A stretch of 64,000 nt of DNA from Mobula birostris (Eukaryota), in the NCBI RefSeq assembly GCF_030028105.1, contig NC_092379.1:28389821-28453820 (forward strand), written 5' to 3'. Below the pieces are notes generated by a model. It was not told where the DNA came from and did not search any database. It saw only the letters and a list, made by a program, of their open reading frames with translations. Made by a program: the position numbers and the translations under genes. Positions within the stretch are counted from its first letter, which is position 1. The number at the start of each line of letters is the position of its first letter. This document shows, one piece after another, positions 1 through 12,550 of this stretch.

Positions 1-1075
1 CAGGTGGATTCAGAATTGGCTTGCCTGCAGAAGGCAGAGGGTGGTGGTGGAGGGAGTACATTCAGATTGGAGGATTGTGACTAGTGGTGTCCCACAAGGA
101 TCTGTTCTGTGAACTCTACTTTTCGTGATTTTTATTAACTACCTGGATGTGGGGGTAGAAGGGTGGGTTGGCAAGTTTGCAGACGACACAATGGTTGGTG
201 GTGTTGTAGAAAGTGTAGAGGATTGTCAAAGATTGCAGAGAGACATTGATAGAATGCAGAAGTGAACTGAAAAGTGGTAGACGGAGTTCAACCCGGAGAA
301 GTCTGAGTTGGTACACTTTGGAAGGACAAACTCCAAGGCACAGTACAAAGTAAATAGCAGGATACTTGACAGTGTGGAGGAGCAGAGAGATCTCGGAGTA
401 CATGTTCACAGATCTCTGAAAGTTGCCTCACAGGTGGATAGGGTAGTTAAGGAAGCTTATGGGGTGTTAGCTTTCATAAGTCGAGGGAAAGAGTTTAAGA
501 GTCGCAATGTAATGATGCAGCTCAATAAACCTCTGGTTAGGCCACACTTGCAGTACTGTGTCCAGTTCTGGTCACCTCACTATAGGTAGGATGTGGAAGC
601 ATTGGAAAGGGTACAGAGGAGATTTACCAGGATGCTGCCTGGTTTAGAAAGTATGCATTATGATCAGAGATTAAGGGAGCTTGGGCTTTACTCTTTGGAG
701 AGAACGAGGATGACAGGAGACCTGATAGAGGTGTACAAGATAATAGGGGGAATAGATAGAGTGGATAGCCAGCGCCTCTTCCCCAGGGCACCACTACTCA
801 ATACGAGAGGACATGGCTTTAAGGTAAGGGGTGGGAAGTTCAAGGGGGATATTGGAGGAAGGTTTTTTTACTCAGTGAGTGGTTGGTGCGTGCAATGCAC
901 TTCCTGAGTCAGTGGTGGAGGCAGATACACTAGTGAAGTTTAAGAGACTACTAGACAGGTATATGGAGGAATCTAATGTGGGAGCTTATATGGGAGGCAG
1001 GGTTTGAGGGTCGGCACAACATTGTGGGCCGAAGGGCCTGTACTGTGCTGTACTATTCTATGTTCTATGTTCTAT
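1..1075 (+). mobile_element. CR1-type LINE, 3' part of ORF2 (RT C-terminus) plus 3' UTR and (TTCTATG)n tail; disrupted
   Basis: ORF pieces HFGRTNSK, EEQRDLGVHVH, LVRPHLQYCVQFWSPHY and LERVQRRFTRMLPGL are typical of CR1 ORF2. Ends in tattctatgttctatgttctat. Confidence 0.93.
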
Positions 1076-1390
1076 AAACAAAAGCTGGGTGTAATTGTAT
1101 TTACCGAGTTTCATTTTCGGAAGTTACAACCAGCGTTAATTCTCAGACACGATCCATTGTGTTTACCGACAGATATAATTTCCTTCACAAAAAAAAGTTA
1201 AAGTCGCAATGTATTTGGTTGAACACATCTGCAATTCAAAACATTGGACAATTATCAACATGAATGGCGCTTACTCTCAGAAATTAGTTCGCTTTATACG
1301 CAATGGGAGACCTGGAGACAATGAATCCTTAGGTTGCATCTTCGGAAACAACTCTATTTCTAACTTTAATATCTCTAATTTTCCCCTTTC

Positions 1391-2093
1391 AGTTTTCTTT
1401 TTTACAGCCTGACCTGCGGTTACTCGCTGTCGTCGGTTTGTTGCGGGAATTGGTCCGGCTCTCGTGGTCGCACGACTGGCCGTTATTCAATATTCCAAGA
1501 ACGCTGCCAAGCAAATTAGCACGTCTTCGGAATTCCGGGATTCCTTGGCTCTGGAGGTGGGCGGCATCGAGGTCGCTGCCAACGCAGGAAATCGCTGTTT
1601 CGTGAGGACGGAAGATATCTGACTGTGTGCCAAGAGACCCGAGATCTTTGGGCACAGAGCTCGGAAAAAGTGGCGGAACGGACGTTTGACATCGTAATTC
1701 ACTGAGTTGTGTGTTATGTCTCGTTTCTCGCTCTAAACGGCAGACACCTCTTTTTCACTTATTAGGAAGAGCGAGAGAATGTGGTATATATAATTACCAT
1801 GTGAATTAATAGCCTTTTAGGATACTGCAAGTCTGCGTGTTCAATGATGCTCTCTTCACACTTAAGTGCCCCGTGGAGGGCGCTGATGCTCGTTCGCTGG
1901 TTGGGGACGGTGTATTGTTGCTCTGCTGGTGCTTAACCGTGCGAGGAGGAAGTTAGGGTGGGGTGCTTTAGGGTTCCACCATTTAACTGTCATTCCTTCC
2001 GTATGGCTCTGTTTTCGTGTATGCGAAGAAAAAAAAAATATTCGCAGATGTATTTGGTATACATTTCTCTGACATTAAATGTACCTTTGAAAC
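1391..2093 (+). repeat. Retroposon-like interspersed repeat, unit copy A (probable LINE 3' UTR or non-autonomous element)
   Basis: About 700-bp GC-richer block present in all six units, ending in ctctgacattaaatgtacctttgaa. The family assignment is inference. Confidence 0.45.
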
Positions 2094-2209
2094 TGACACC
2101 TTCCACGCAGAATTCTGAGCAGCGTTGACGCCACGAGCCTTACTAGGGTGTAACATTGCAGTTGTATTTTGCAACACTTACAACAAGAGCCTCCTGAAAC
2201 TCATCATTC

Positions 2210-3297
2210 TGTCACAGAGGGGGCGCTGGGAGCGGACCCAAATGCAAGACATAGACACTGAAATATTAGGAACAGGACAGGACTAGACTTCCGGACGTGA
2301 CTGGATGCAGACTAACAGCTGGGACAAGAACACAGAATTGGGCGAGGATATTGGCTGGGTAACCGGTACCAGGACAAGTAACTGGGAATTATGAGCCAGG
2401 GCATGCTCTCTGAGCCAGAGATTGGATAAGGAACCAGCACCTGGGCCTTGACTCTGGCTCGGACCCCGGAACTAGGCGAGGACATGACGTAGCTAAAAGA
2501 CTAAATATGGCTTGGGTTCCTCGAGGCGAGGACATGACGAGGCTTGTGTTCTTCGAGGCGAGGACATGACGAGCCTTGGATTCGGACTCCGAGCCAGAAA
2601 CTGGACAAGGACCAAGAACCTGTGTTTTGACTCGTGCTCGGACTCCAGAACTAGACCAGGACAAGACGTGATCTTGGTAGACAGGACAGAAGAAGAGACT
2701 CCTGGACAAGATGAGGGAACTCCAGCACAGGACGAGGCACATGAACAGGATGGGAACATGAAACCTTAACTTCGACAGGAACGGAGGAAGTAGGGCCGGG
2801 ACTCGTACACAGAACTCAGAGAGACAGTTCACAACACAAGATAGCCGCAAACGGCGGACCTACCTAGCGAAGGCGTGGACACAGAGACGGTTCACAATAC
2901 TGGGTAGAGGCAAACGGTCGGACCTACCTAGTGAAGGCGTGGACACAGAGAGACAGTTCCAAACAACAATAGACATTTCTTTTTTCTTACTCCGGCAGCT
3001 GAACTTGACAGCAGTGCAGGCAAAGGCTCCAGGCGAGGCAAGGCTCCAGGCACTGGTTGCAGGACAAGCCTTCAGGATGAAAGGGAAGAGAAGGGATTCA
3101 GACAGAGGGTGCGGACAGGAACAATCCAGCAACTGAAGCTGAACCAAGGAGCTATTTATGTAGCTAGCCGAAAATGTGAATCAGCTGCCTGAATTGGAGC
3201 ACCCAGCAGAAAAAAGGGAAAACCAGCAAACCTGGAATAAGGGACGATGGACCGGACCGTCAACCAGAATCCGGACTTCACTGACCGGACCCAGACA
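2210..3297 (-). mobile_element. Gypsy solo LTR, unit A
   Basis: Begins TGTCA and ends (a)GACA. 5-bp TSD CATTC at 2205-2209 and 3298-3302. Same family as the LTR pair at 12551-14827, in opposite orientation. Confidence 0.85.
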
Positions 3298-3408
3298 CAT
3301 TCATGTATTAGTCTGAGGTAATATCTAGAGTATTGAACATTTTGACTGAATATCCTCTAAAATCACCTTATTGAATATGCACGATTATTGCCATTAATAT
3401 CTTAGTGA

Positions 3409-3720
3409 GTGGGGACGTGGCTAAGTGGTTAAGCCATTGGACTAGCGACGTGAAGGTCGTGTGTTCGAATTCCAGCCGAGGCAACATGTTGTGTTCTTGA
3501 ACAAGGCACTTAATCAAACATTGCTCTGCGACGACACTGGTGCCACGCTGTATGGGTCCTAATCACCCTCCCTTGGACAACATTGGTGTCGTGGAGAAGG
3601 GAAACTTGCAGCATGGGCAACTGCTGGTCTTCCATACAACGTTGCCCAGGCCTGCACCCTGGAGAGTGAAGTCTTTCCAGGCGCAGATCAATGATCTCGC
3701 AAGACTAACAGATGTCTTAG
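3409..3720 (+). mobile_element. tRNA-derived SINE, unit A
   Basis: A box TGGCTAAGTGG and B box GTTCGAATTCC. Degenerate ~14-bp TSD (aatatcttagttga-like) on both sides. Confidence 0.85.
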
Positions 3721-4295
3721 AATATCATACTTGAACGTAAAGTGCATTTTCACATTTCATGAAAATGCACTCGTCATGTCATATGTCGTAAAATTGCCCC
3801 TTGTGTTCTGTCGTTCAATTGACAATTTTAGCCGATAATCAGAAAGCACTGTACTGGACCTTCCGATGAATTCGACAGTAGTTCTTCGGCTAGCAGGTTG
3901 TCCTGATGCCTATACACTCAATGTTGCTGAATTTGTTGACGTAAATAATCAGCACATTTTATCCTGAAAAAGTACTTTGTGCTGGAAAGCTATATTTTGT
4001 GTTACTGGAAAAAATAAACACTAAGTAATATAAATGTTTTCATCCTAATTCCAGAAATAAAGATTAAAGAAACAGCCTTTCCACAATGTCCTGACGTTTG
4101 TCAGAGTCTTCCATTCGATTGCGGCCTCCTCCTCCAGTACAGTCATTATCGAGATGGGTTTTATAATTGCCCCCTTATATAGTTCACTAAACTGCGCAGT
4201 AATTACCGCCGAGGCCGTTGTGCTCATACCTAAGGTGTATTGCACCTCGTTTAAGCATTTTATTGAAGTAATATCTGGTGTGGCTATATGTATAT

Positions 4296-4803
4296 CTCAT
4301 GAGGACAGAGTGGTGAAGAAAGTATTTTGGCCTTTATAAATCAGAGCATTGAGTCTGGAGTTGGGATGTAATATACAAATTGTACAAGGCATTGATAAGG
4401 CCAAGTTTGGAGTATTGTTTATAGCTGTGGTCACCGAATTATAGGAAAGATATGAATAATAATCAGAGAGTACAGAGAAGATTTACTAGTATGTTACCTG
4501 GGCTTCATCTCTTAAGTTACAGAGAAAGATTGAACAAGTTGTGTCTTTATGCTTTGGAGCATAGAATGTTGAGGGGGGACGTGATAGACGTATTTAAAAT
4601 TATGAGAGGGATAGAGTTGACGTGGATAGACTTTTTCCATTGAGAGTGGAGGAGGTTCAAACAAGAGGATATGAGTTCAGAGTTAAAGGGCAAAAGTTTA
4701 TTGGTAACAAGAGGGGAGACTTCTTTACTCAGAGAGTGGTAGCCGTGTGGAACGAGCTTCCAGCAGAAGTGGTTGAGGCAGGTTCGATGTTGTCATTGCA
4801 GGT
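4296..4803 (+). mobile_element. CR1 LINE ORF2 3' fragment, unit A
   Basis: Translates RVQRRFTSMLPGL...YRERLNKL and RGDFFTQRVVAVWNELPAEVVEAG. Confidence 0.85.
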
Positions 4804-7800
4804 AAAAAAAAAACACTTTTTCTCTCTGTTTGTTTGTTTTTTATAGTTAGTAATATATGAAGGAAATTAGACTTGCTTTAACTTCGTCCACATATGAAAC
4901 ATCTTTTCATCTGCGTTCTTGAGATGGAAGGCTTCGTCAAAACAGGAAATGAAACAGGTTCGCGGTAACTGGTGTTTACTTTGTAAATTCTTTACTTTTC
5001 ATTTTGCAGATCTGCCTACCTGAGAGGTCATATGAAATTCATTCATGAAATGTGCGCCAAACTCGTCTTTACACATAATTAAAGGAGTGAAAACAACAAA
5101 TATTTCAAGGAAACATTCTCAAAATGCCTGCTAGTATTAGATTAATTGCGGGATATCAGTTAATCCTCTTTCTATCCTACAGGGCTCTTTAACTTTTTTT
5201 TTAAAGGTCGGATTTCCGATGCAATCTGGTCACTCACTCTGTATATTACATTGGTTCCTAATAGATTGGAATAGTTATCAGGCATATGACGAATAGCATG
5301 AATTCCTCTGCGTACTGCACAATGTTGTCTGATTTTCTGGATGTTTGTTTCGCGTTCACCTTCATTTTTGAAATAGAGGACGCGGTATGTTGCTATTTTC
5401 ATGGATTTACATTAAAATGGACAGCGCCACTATCTTTGATCGTGTCGTATTAATCGTGACCATGCAGTGCCCTTGTACGTGATCCTATTTAATGATGTAC
5501 ATACTCTCTCCATATTACAGCAACTACTCTGATGCTGTGCCCTACGATTGCTTTCACTGTGGTCGTCTGACAAACTCCATGACAGTTACAGAGCACTTTA
5601 TAGCATTCACAAATTTCATACAGGCATCTGAAGAAGTAACGAAAGTGCGGAGACATAAACCCCGTTCATACGACCCCAGGTGCAAATGCGTTGGACTGAG
5701 TTATTGGACAATCTATTTTTATTCCCACGACAGAGAGTGGGATATACAATATTACCTTTCTTCGCAATGTGTAACCTGAAAATAAAGTAACCTGCAACAT
5801 CATGTGTCACGAAGAATTTTAATTTATTTTTAACCAGTGGTAATTACTCTCAGATATATCATTTAATCATTGCCTTATATTACCGCATTACCTTATATGT
5901 AAAACCCAGTGGAGCAGTTCCAACAACGCTCAGAGACTCTGTTCCCTGTTTAGTGGCCCATTTGTGGTTCACACTGTTTGTAACAGAGCAATAATGCAGA
6001 AATGTACACAATAGTTGTGCGAAGATTCATCCACTCTCTCTCAATTCAATCTCCACACGGAAATACCACGCGGAGTCAGTCAGCTGCACAGCTGCCATAG
6101 TCAGTAGCTGCTCCTTCTCAACAACTAGACTGCAGCACTAAGGCGAACAGTAGTGAATTACGCCGGATGTTATTAGAGTCCAGCAGCTGGTTACCGCATG
6201 GCAAACTCCGGTTGTCTGTCCGGATTAATTAGCGGAGAGAAAAAAAAAGGAAAATGATGCAGTGATGTTCTTTCATTTTTCTCCATGTGACTAATAATTT
6301 CTGCGTTGTTATTGATTCGGTATTGTTCAGTCCTGTTGAAGAACAGGTTGACGCCATACCGCTCTGTTTTATTTCTTTTCTTTGGAGTTGCACAGTATGA
6401 GATCGGCTTTCATTCAAAAAATGATTTCAAATTTACGTGAAAAAGTTTTTTGAATCGGAGTATGATAATATCTGAGATACGGAATCACAAGGCGAGATGG
6501 ATTTCACTTTCTAAATCCATGCTTTCGAGATCGTCACAGCTTGAAAACATCCTCTGTTTAGGTATTCCTCATGGTGATACAGTGCAGGATTGGTTAGCAC
6601 AGAATGGGTTTACATTTTTCCACTATGCCAATCTTAACGGGGATTTTGTTTACTAGTGTCATCGCGATACTTCAGGATAATTCAAAATCTGTTGTATTCT
6701 TGCCGATGATGAACGACACACAGAGCAAACCAACACCAGGTCGTCGCATGTCTCTGTTCCTAAAATTACGGACTTGCACTTTGATCTTTTCGACTTGTGA
6801 GTCATTAATCAACCCTGCAGAAAACGTCCACTTGGATGGTCTAACATCATATACTGCAAAACAATCGCAATAAACAAGATGTCGTTCTGGTTTTATTTGT
6901 TTATTTCAGAGTCTCTACCTCAGAAAATAGGTAAGTGATTAATTCATATAAATTAGGCCGGAAATTCGCTGATTAATCTCAACATTCTCCGAAAGTAGAT
7001 GTTGCTTATATGCTGACATATATATCTACGGATATCCATCGATCATTTATACCCACAAATTTGACGTTGAACAACTTGATCGTCGGGAACTTTCAGCACT
7101 GGTTCACGAAGGAAAGGCGCTTCATCGAGAGTGCCGTTTGTCCTCAGTTACAAAAGACGGAAACGTTCGGGACACCCAGCTGGCGTGGAAGCCTCTGTGA
7201 AAATCGAAGAAGGAACAGTTCTCGTGAGAGTAATGCTAAAGCTCTGCTGACAGTTGGTGGAATATATTTTCTTTGTTCCTGACGTTGTTACGTAAAAGTC
7301 ACTGCCTACTTCACGTTTACACAGCTAATACACAAACGGTCATACTTCCATCAGCGAAATGAAGTGGTAAGTTATTCACAGAAAAGCTACTTGCATAGCC
7401 TGCATGTGAGCACGTCAAAATATCGTGCGCCTAGCTACTTGCTCGTTTCTGCTTTTGAGATCAATTCTGGCGTCTCTACGTTCTGCCAGATATCTACAAC
7501 AGAGAAAAGTTAAGGCTGTAATTTCATCTTTTCCAGCACCCCGGCTTCGTTACCACCCCTTTAATTCTTCTCGCACCATCTGCTTCGATGAGCAATTGCA
7601 ATTTGATGACAGTCTTCTCCACGAGAATTGCCGCCTGCCCTGCACTCGTTTGCCGATGAGTGGCCCTTCACTATTAATGGCAGCTCACAAAGTATCTGAA
7701 TCCTATGTTCCACAGTTCTGTGGTGGCCTCTGCAAAATTGCATTTCCTGTATTTCGACAGCCGCCCTTTTGTATTGCGTATTTCAAGATATAACACCTTG

Positions 7801-7812
7801 CGTTGCCTCCTG

Positions 7813-7884
7813 TGATTGGTCGGTTTGGCCGAGGTATGTGTATTTCTTCTGTTGCAATGAGTTTCCAACTGGAGTCACGGAAGT
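7813..7884 (+). promoter_or_regulatory. Putative V1 proximal promoter
   Basis: Inverted CCAAT (ATTGG), TTGCAAT and GGAGTCACGGAAGT (AP-1-like plus ETS core) within 95 nt of the ATG. Conserved before all five V genes. Function is inferred. Confidence 0.5.
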
Positions 7885-7905
7885 ACAGTCACATACAGAG
7901 TGAAT

Positions 7906-8380
7906 ATGGCAAACTGTCTCATGCAGGTCCTCATCATTGTGTTTCTACTGGGTAAGATATTCCTTCACTCTATTATTCCAGACCTTCCTAATTCTCTGTA
8001 ACCACGTGTTTTTCTCTCGATGTAAGTAACATGCTGTTCGAAGTAGAATTTATGATGTTTTGTTTATTTTACTGTCAGACTGGAGCCGTGAAGACTCAGT
8101 GGAACAGTCAGTAGCTGCAATGTCGTTTGAAGAAGAAAGTAGTATTAGACTAAACTGTACATTGAAAACAAGCGATGCATCCCCGTATGTTTTCTGGTAC
8201 AGGCAGCGCACCGGACAGCGACCACAGTACTTAATTCGGATTATCGCAGGAACAGTACAACGAAATGAGCATGTGACGGACCGACTATTTGCTTCCTATG
8301 ATAAAAGTAAAAAATATACTGAATTGTCGATTAACAACACCATACTCTCTGACTCGGCCACATACCTCTGCGCGATGAGC
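7906..8380 (+). CDS. TRAV/DV: TCR alpha/delta V segment V1 (leader 7906-7951, intron 7952-8078, V exon 8079-8380); intact
   Basis: Spliced product MANCLMQVLIIVFLL-DWSREDSVEQ...LNC...VFWYRQ...DSATYLCAMS has both conserved Cys and the Trp. GT-AG phase-1 intron; RSS follows directly. Alpha versus delta cannot be resolved from the window. Confidence 0.93.
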
Positions 8381-8418
8381 CACGGTGCTTAAAAATCTGA
8401 ATTATTCGAACAAAAACA
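8381..8418 (+). other. Recombination signal sequence (23-class) of V1
   Basis: CACGGTG, 22-nt spacer, ACAAAAACA. Confidence 0.92.
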
Positions 8419-8442
8419 CTCTTTCTCAGTTTCCTCGAGAGC

Positions 8443-8456
8443 TCGCTAGAGGGCGA
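8443..8456 (+). promoter_or_regulatory. CTCF-like motif 3' of V1 RSS
   Basis: TCGCTAGAGGGCGA versus CTCF consensus CCRSYAGRKGGCRS; starts 24 nt after the nonamer. Confidence 0.55.
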
Positions 8457-9016
8457 ACGTAAATGCTGACTGAATCCCAAAGGCTTAGTCTTATGTTTCA
8501 TATGGTGTCATAGCTAGTTTCTCACACCGGTGATGTGTCCATTGGGCATTGGTAATGGAACCTATTGCTCTAAGATTGCTGTAAGTGTGAGAAAAATCAC
8601 TTCCACTTAAGTGGTTTTCATGAGTTACTTGATTTCACTGACTATTCACCTTTTAAACGCTAACATCTGATTGTTCCGACAGAAACAAAAGATGGGTATA
8701 ATTAAATTCGCAGAGTTACATTTTCGAAAGTTACAACTGGCGTTGCTTCCGAGGCACGGTCCACGGTGTTTACCGACAGATTTAATTTCGTTCTCACAAA
8801 AAAAAGCCTAAAGTCGCAATATGTTTGTTTGAACACATATGCAGTTCAAAACAGTGTACAATTATCAACATGAATGGCGTTTACTCTCAGAAGTTAGGTC
8901 GCTTGATGATCAGGTGGAGTTTTGGAGACAATGACTCCTTAGGCTGCATCTCCGGAAACAGCTCTACTTCCAACTTAAATATCACTACTTATTTTTTTTT
9001 TTTTTACCCCATTTCA

Positions 9017-9722
9017 GTGTTACCTTTACACCCTGACTTGCGGGTACGCGCTGTAGTCCGTTCGTTGCGGGATTCGGTCCGGCTCTCCGGGCGCACGACT
9101 GGCCGTTATTCGATATGCCAAGAACGCTACCAAGCAGATTAGCACTTCTTCCGAGTTTCGGGATTTCATGGCTCTGGACGTGGGCGGCCTCGAGGTCGGT
9201 GCCATTGCAGGAAATCGCTGTTTCGTGGAGACGGAAGATATCTGACTGTGTGCCAAGAGACCCATGATCTTTGAGCACAGAGCTCGGAAAAGCGGCGCAA
9301 CGGACGATTAACATCGTAATTCACTAGGCTGTTTGTTATTTCTCGCTTCTTGCTGTGAACAGAAGACACCTCTTGTCCACTTATTAGGAAGAGGGAGAGG
9401 CTGTGGAATGTGGAATTACTGTGTGAATTAATAGTCTTTGGGATACTGCAAGTCTGTGTGTTCTATGATGTTTTGTCGTACACCTGAGTGGCCCTGGAAG
9501 GCGCTGATGCTGCTTCGCTGGTGGGTGAGGGTGGATTGTTGCTCTGCTGGTGCCTAACCGTGCGAGGAGGGAGTTGGGGTGGGGGGGCATTCGGGTTCCA
9601 GCATTTAACTGTCATTCATTCTGTGTCGGTCACTTCTGTTTTCGAGTATGTTTGCCAAGAAGAATACTATTCAAGGATGTATTTTGCATACAGTTCTCTG
9701 ACATTAAATGTAACTTTGAAAC
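9017..9722 (+). repeat. Retroposon-like repeat, unit copy B
   Basis: Homologous to 1391-2093. Confidence 0.45.
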
Positions 9723-9837
9723 CGACACCTTCCACGCAGAATTACGACCAGCGTTGACACCACGAGTCTTACTTGAGTGGAGTATTGTACTTGTATTTGC
9801 AACTGTTACAGCAAGAGCCTCCTGAAACCCATCATTC

Positions 9838-11234
9838 TGTCATAGAGGGGGCGCTGGGAGCGGACCCAAATGCAAGACACAGACACTGAAGTACTCGGAA
9901 TTGGACAGGACTAGAGTTCCGAACGTGACTAGATGCAGACTAGCTGGGACAAGAAAACAGAATTGTGCTAGGACATTGGGTAGGCAAGCGGGACCAGGAA
10001 TAGGAACTGGGAACTAGGAGCCTCGGCATGGACTCCGAGGTAAGACTGGACAAGGACCCAGCACCTGCGCCTCGATTTGGGCTCGGACCCTGGAACTTGG
10101 TGAGGACATGACGTGGCTACAAGACTAACAATGGCTTGGGGTCCTCGGGGCGAGGACATGACGAGGCTTGGGGTCCTCGAGGCGAGGAAGTGACGAGGCT
10201 TGGGTTCCTCTTGGCGAGGAAATGAAGAGGTTTCGGTTCCTCGCAGTGAGGACAGGACAAGGCTTGGCTTCCACGAGGCGAGGAAATGACGAGGCTTTGG
10301 ATCTTCGAGGCGAGGACCTGACGAGCCTTGGGTTCGGACTCAGAGTCAGAGACTGGAGAAACACCTAGAACCTGGGACTTGACTTGGGCTCGGAGTCCAG
10401 AACTAGACAAAAACATGACGTGGTCTTGGGAGACAGGAGTAGGCGAGGCTTCAGGACAGAACGACAGACTCCTGGGCAAGACGAGGGAACTCCACCACAG
10501 GACGAGGAACATGGACAGGACGGGAACACGAAGCCTTGACTTGGACAGGAACGCCGAGCCTTTGTCGGGGGAGATAGGAAGGCAGAGCCTTGGACGAAGG
10601 AGGCAGGAACACAGAGCCTTGGACTTGAGAGAACATGAACGCAGAGACGTGACACACAGAACCGAGACCCGCCTTGGGAACAGGACCTGGGACAGGGACT
10701 CTACACAGAGTCAGTACTCTACCTAGGGAGCACGACGTAGGGCCGGGACTCGGACACAGAACACAGAGAGACATAACGCCGGACCTACCTAGTGAAGGTT
10801 TGGACAAGAAGATTTTTCCCAACAGTGGGTAGCGGCATATGGCCGGAACTACCAAGTGAAGGCGTGGACACAGAGAGACAGTTCCAAACAATGATAGACA
10901 GTTCTTTTTTCTTGCTCCGGCCGCTGAACTTGACAGCAGAGCACGCAAAGGTTACATGCAAGGTTTAGAGACGAGGCAAGGCCCCAGGCGAGTCAAGGCG
11001 AGGCAAGGCTCCAGGCACTGGTTGCCCGGCAAGACTTCAGGAGGAAGGGGCAGAGAAAGGATTCAGACACAGGGTGTGGACAGGAACAATCCAGCTACTG
11101 AGCCTGAAACAAGGAGCTATTTATGTAGCCAGCCGAAAATGTGAATCAAACTGGGAAAACCAGAAAACCCGGGATAAGGAACGATAGACCGGACCGTGAA
11201 CCGGAATCCGGACTTCATGGACTGGATCATGACA
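9838..11234 (-). mobile_element. Gypsy solo LTR, unit B
   Basis: TGTCA...TGACA termini; left TSD CATTC, right degenerate CATCT; internal ~32-bp tandem repeats. Confidence 0.85.
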
Positions 11235-11347
11235 CATCTGGTTTTAGTCTGCGTAAATCTATCTAGAGTATTGAACATTTTGTCTGAATATCCACGAAAA
11301 TCACCTTATTGGATATGCACGATTATTGTCATTAATATCTTAGTTGA

Positions 11348-11658
11348 GTGGGCACGTGGGCAACCGGTTAAGGCATTGGACTAGCGACGTGAAGGTCGAG
11401 AGATCGAGCCCCGGCCGAAGCAACATGCTGTGTCCTTGAGCAAGGCACTTAATCAAACATTGCTCTGCGACGACCCTTCTGCAAACCTTTTTTGGTCCTA
11501 ATGCCTTCCCTTGGACAACATTGGAGTCGTGGGGAGGGGAGACTTGCAGCATGGGCAACTGCTGCACTTCCATAGCACGTTGCCGAGGACTGCGTCCTGG
11601 AGAGTGAAGACTTTCCAGGCGCAGATCCATGGTCTCGAAAGAGTAATAGATGCCTTAG
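11348..11658 (+). mobile_element. tRNA-derived SINE, unit B
   Basis: Same insertion as 3409-3720, with the same degenerate TSD. Confidence 0.85.
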
Positions 11659-12235
11659 AATATCTTCGTTGTAACGTAAAATGCATTTTCATATTTCATG
11701 AAAATGCACTCGTCATGTCATATGTCCTATAATTGTCCCCTGTATTCTGCCGTTCAAATTGACAATTTTAGCCGAGCATCAGAAGCCACTCTACTGGAAC
11801 TTTCGATGAATTAGACAGTATATCTTCGGCTAGCAGATTGTCCTAATGCCTGTACACTCAATTCTGCTAAACTTCTTGACGTAAATAGTCAGCATATGTT
11901 ATGCTAAAACAAGTATTTTCTGCTCGAAAGCAATATTTTCTGTTACTGGAAAAATAAACACTAAGTAATATAGATGTTGTCATTCCAATCCCAGAAATAA
12001 AGATTAAATACATAGCCTTTCCTGAATGACCTGACGTTTGTCAGAGTCTTCCGTTCGACAGCGGCCTCCTCCTCCAGTACAGTCATTATCGAGATGGGTT
12101 TTGTAATTCCCCCCTTTTATAGGTCATCAGACTGCGCAGTATTGACAACCGAGGCCGTTGTGCTCATAGCTAAAATGTATTTCACCTCGGTTGAACATTG
12201 TATTGAGGTAATATCGAGTGTGGCTATATTTATAT

Positions 12236-12550
12236 CTCATGTGGAGAGAGTCGTGAAGAAAGTATGTTGGCCTCTATAAATCAGAGCATTGACTATAGGA
12301 GCTGGGATGTAATGTTGAAATTGTACAAGGCATTGGTAAGGACATATTTGGAGTAGTTGGTATAGCTGTGGTCACCAAATAATAGGAAAGATATGAATAA
12401 TATTCAGAGAGTACAGAGAAGATTTACTAGAATGTTACCTGGGTTTTATCTACTAAGTTACAGAGAAAGATTGAACAAGTTGGGTCTTTATCCTTTGAGC
12501 GTAGAAGGTTTAGGGAAGACTTGACAGAGGTATTTAAAATTATGAGTGGG
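12236..12550 (+). mobile_element. CR1 ORF2 3' fragment, unit B, 5' half (interrupted by the LTR element)
   Basis: Homologous to 4296-4615; resumes at 14828. Confidence 0.85.

Noticed and set aside
3409-3482. tRNA gene (also at 11348, 22231 and 30231)
   Set aside because: The A and B boxes are followed by a ~240-bp SINE body and flanked by TSDs. The copies are degenerate, so these are SINE heads.
7674-7868. Antisense ORF METHCNRRN across the V promoters
   Set aside because: Length varies from 60 to 102 aa between copies and no protein motif is recognisable. It is explained by shared ancestry of promoter DNA.
10137-10330. CRISPR-like ~32-bp repeat array
   Set aside because: The repeats are head-to-tail with no unique spacers, sit inside an LTR in a vertebrate genome, and have no cas genes nearby.
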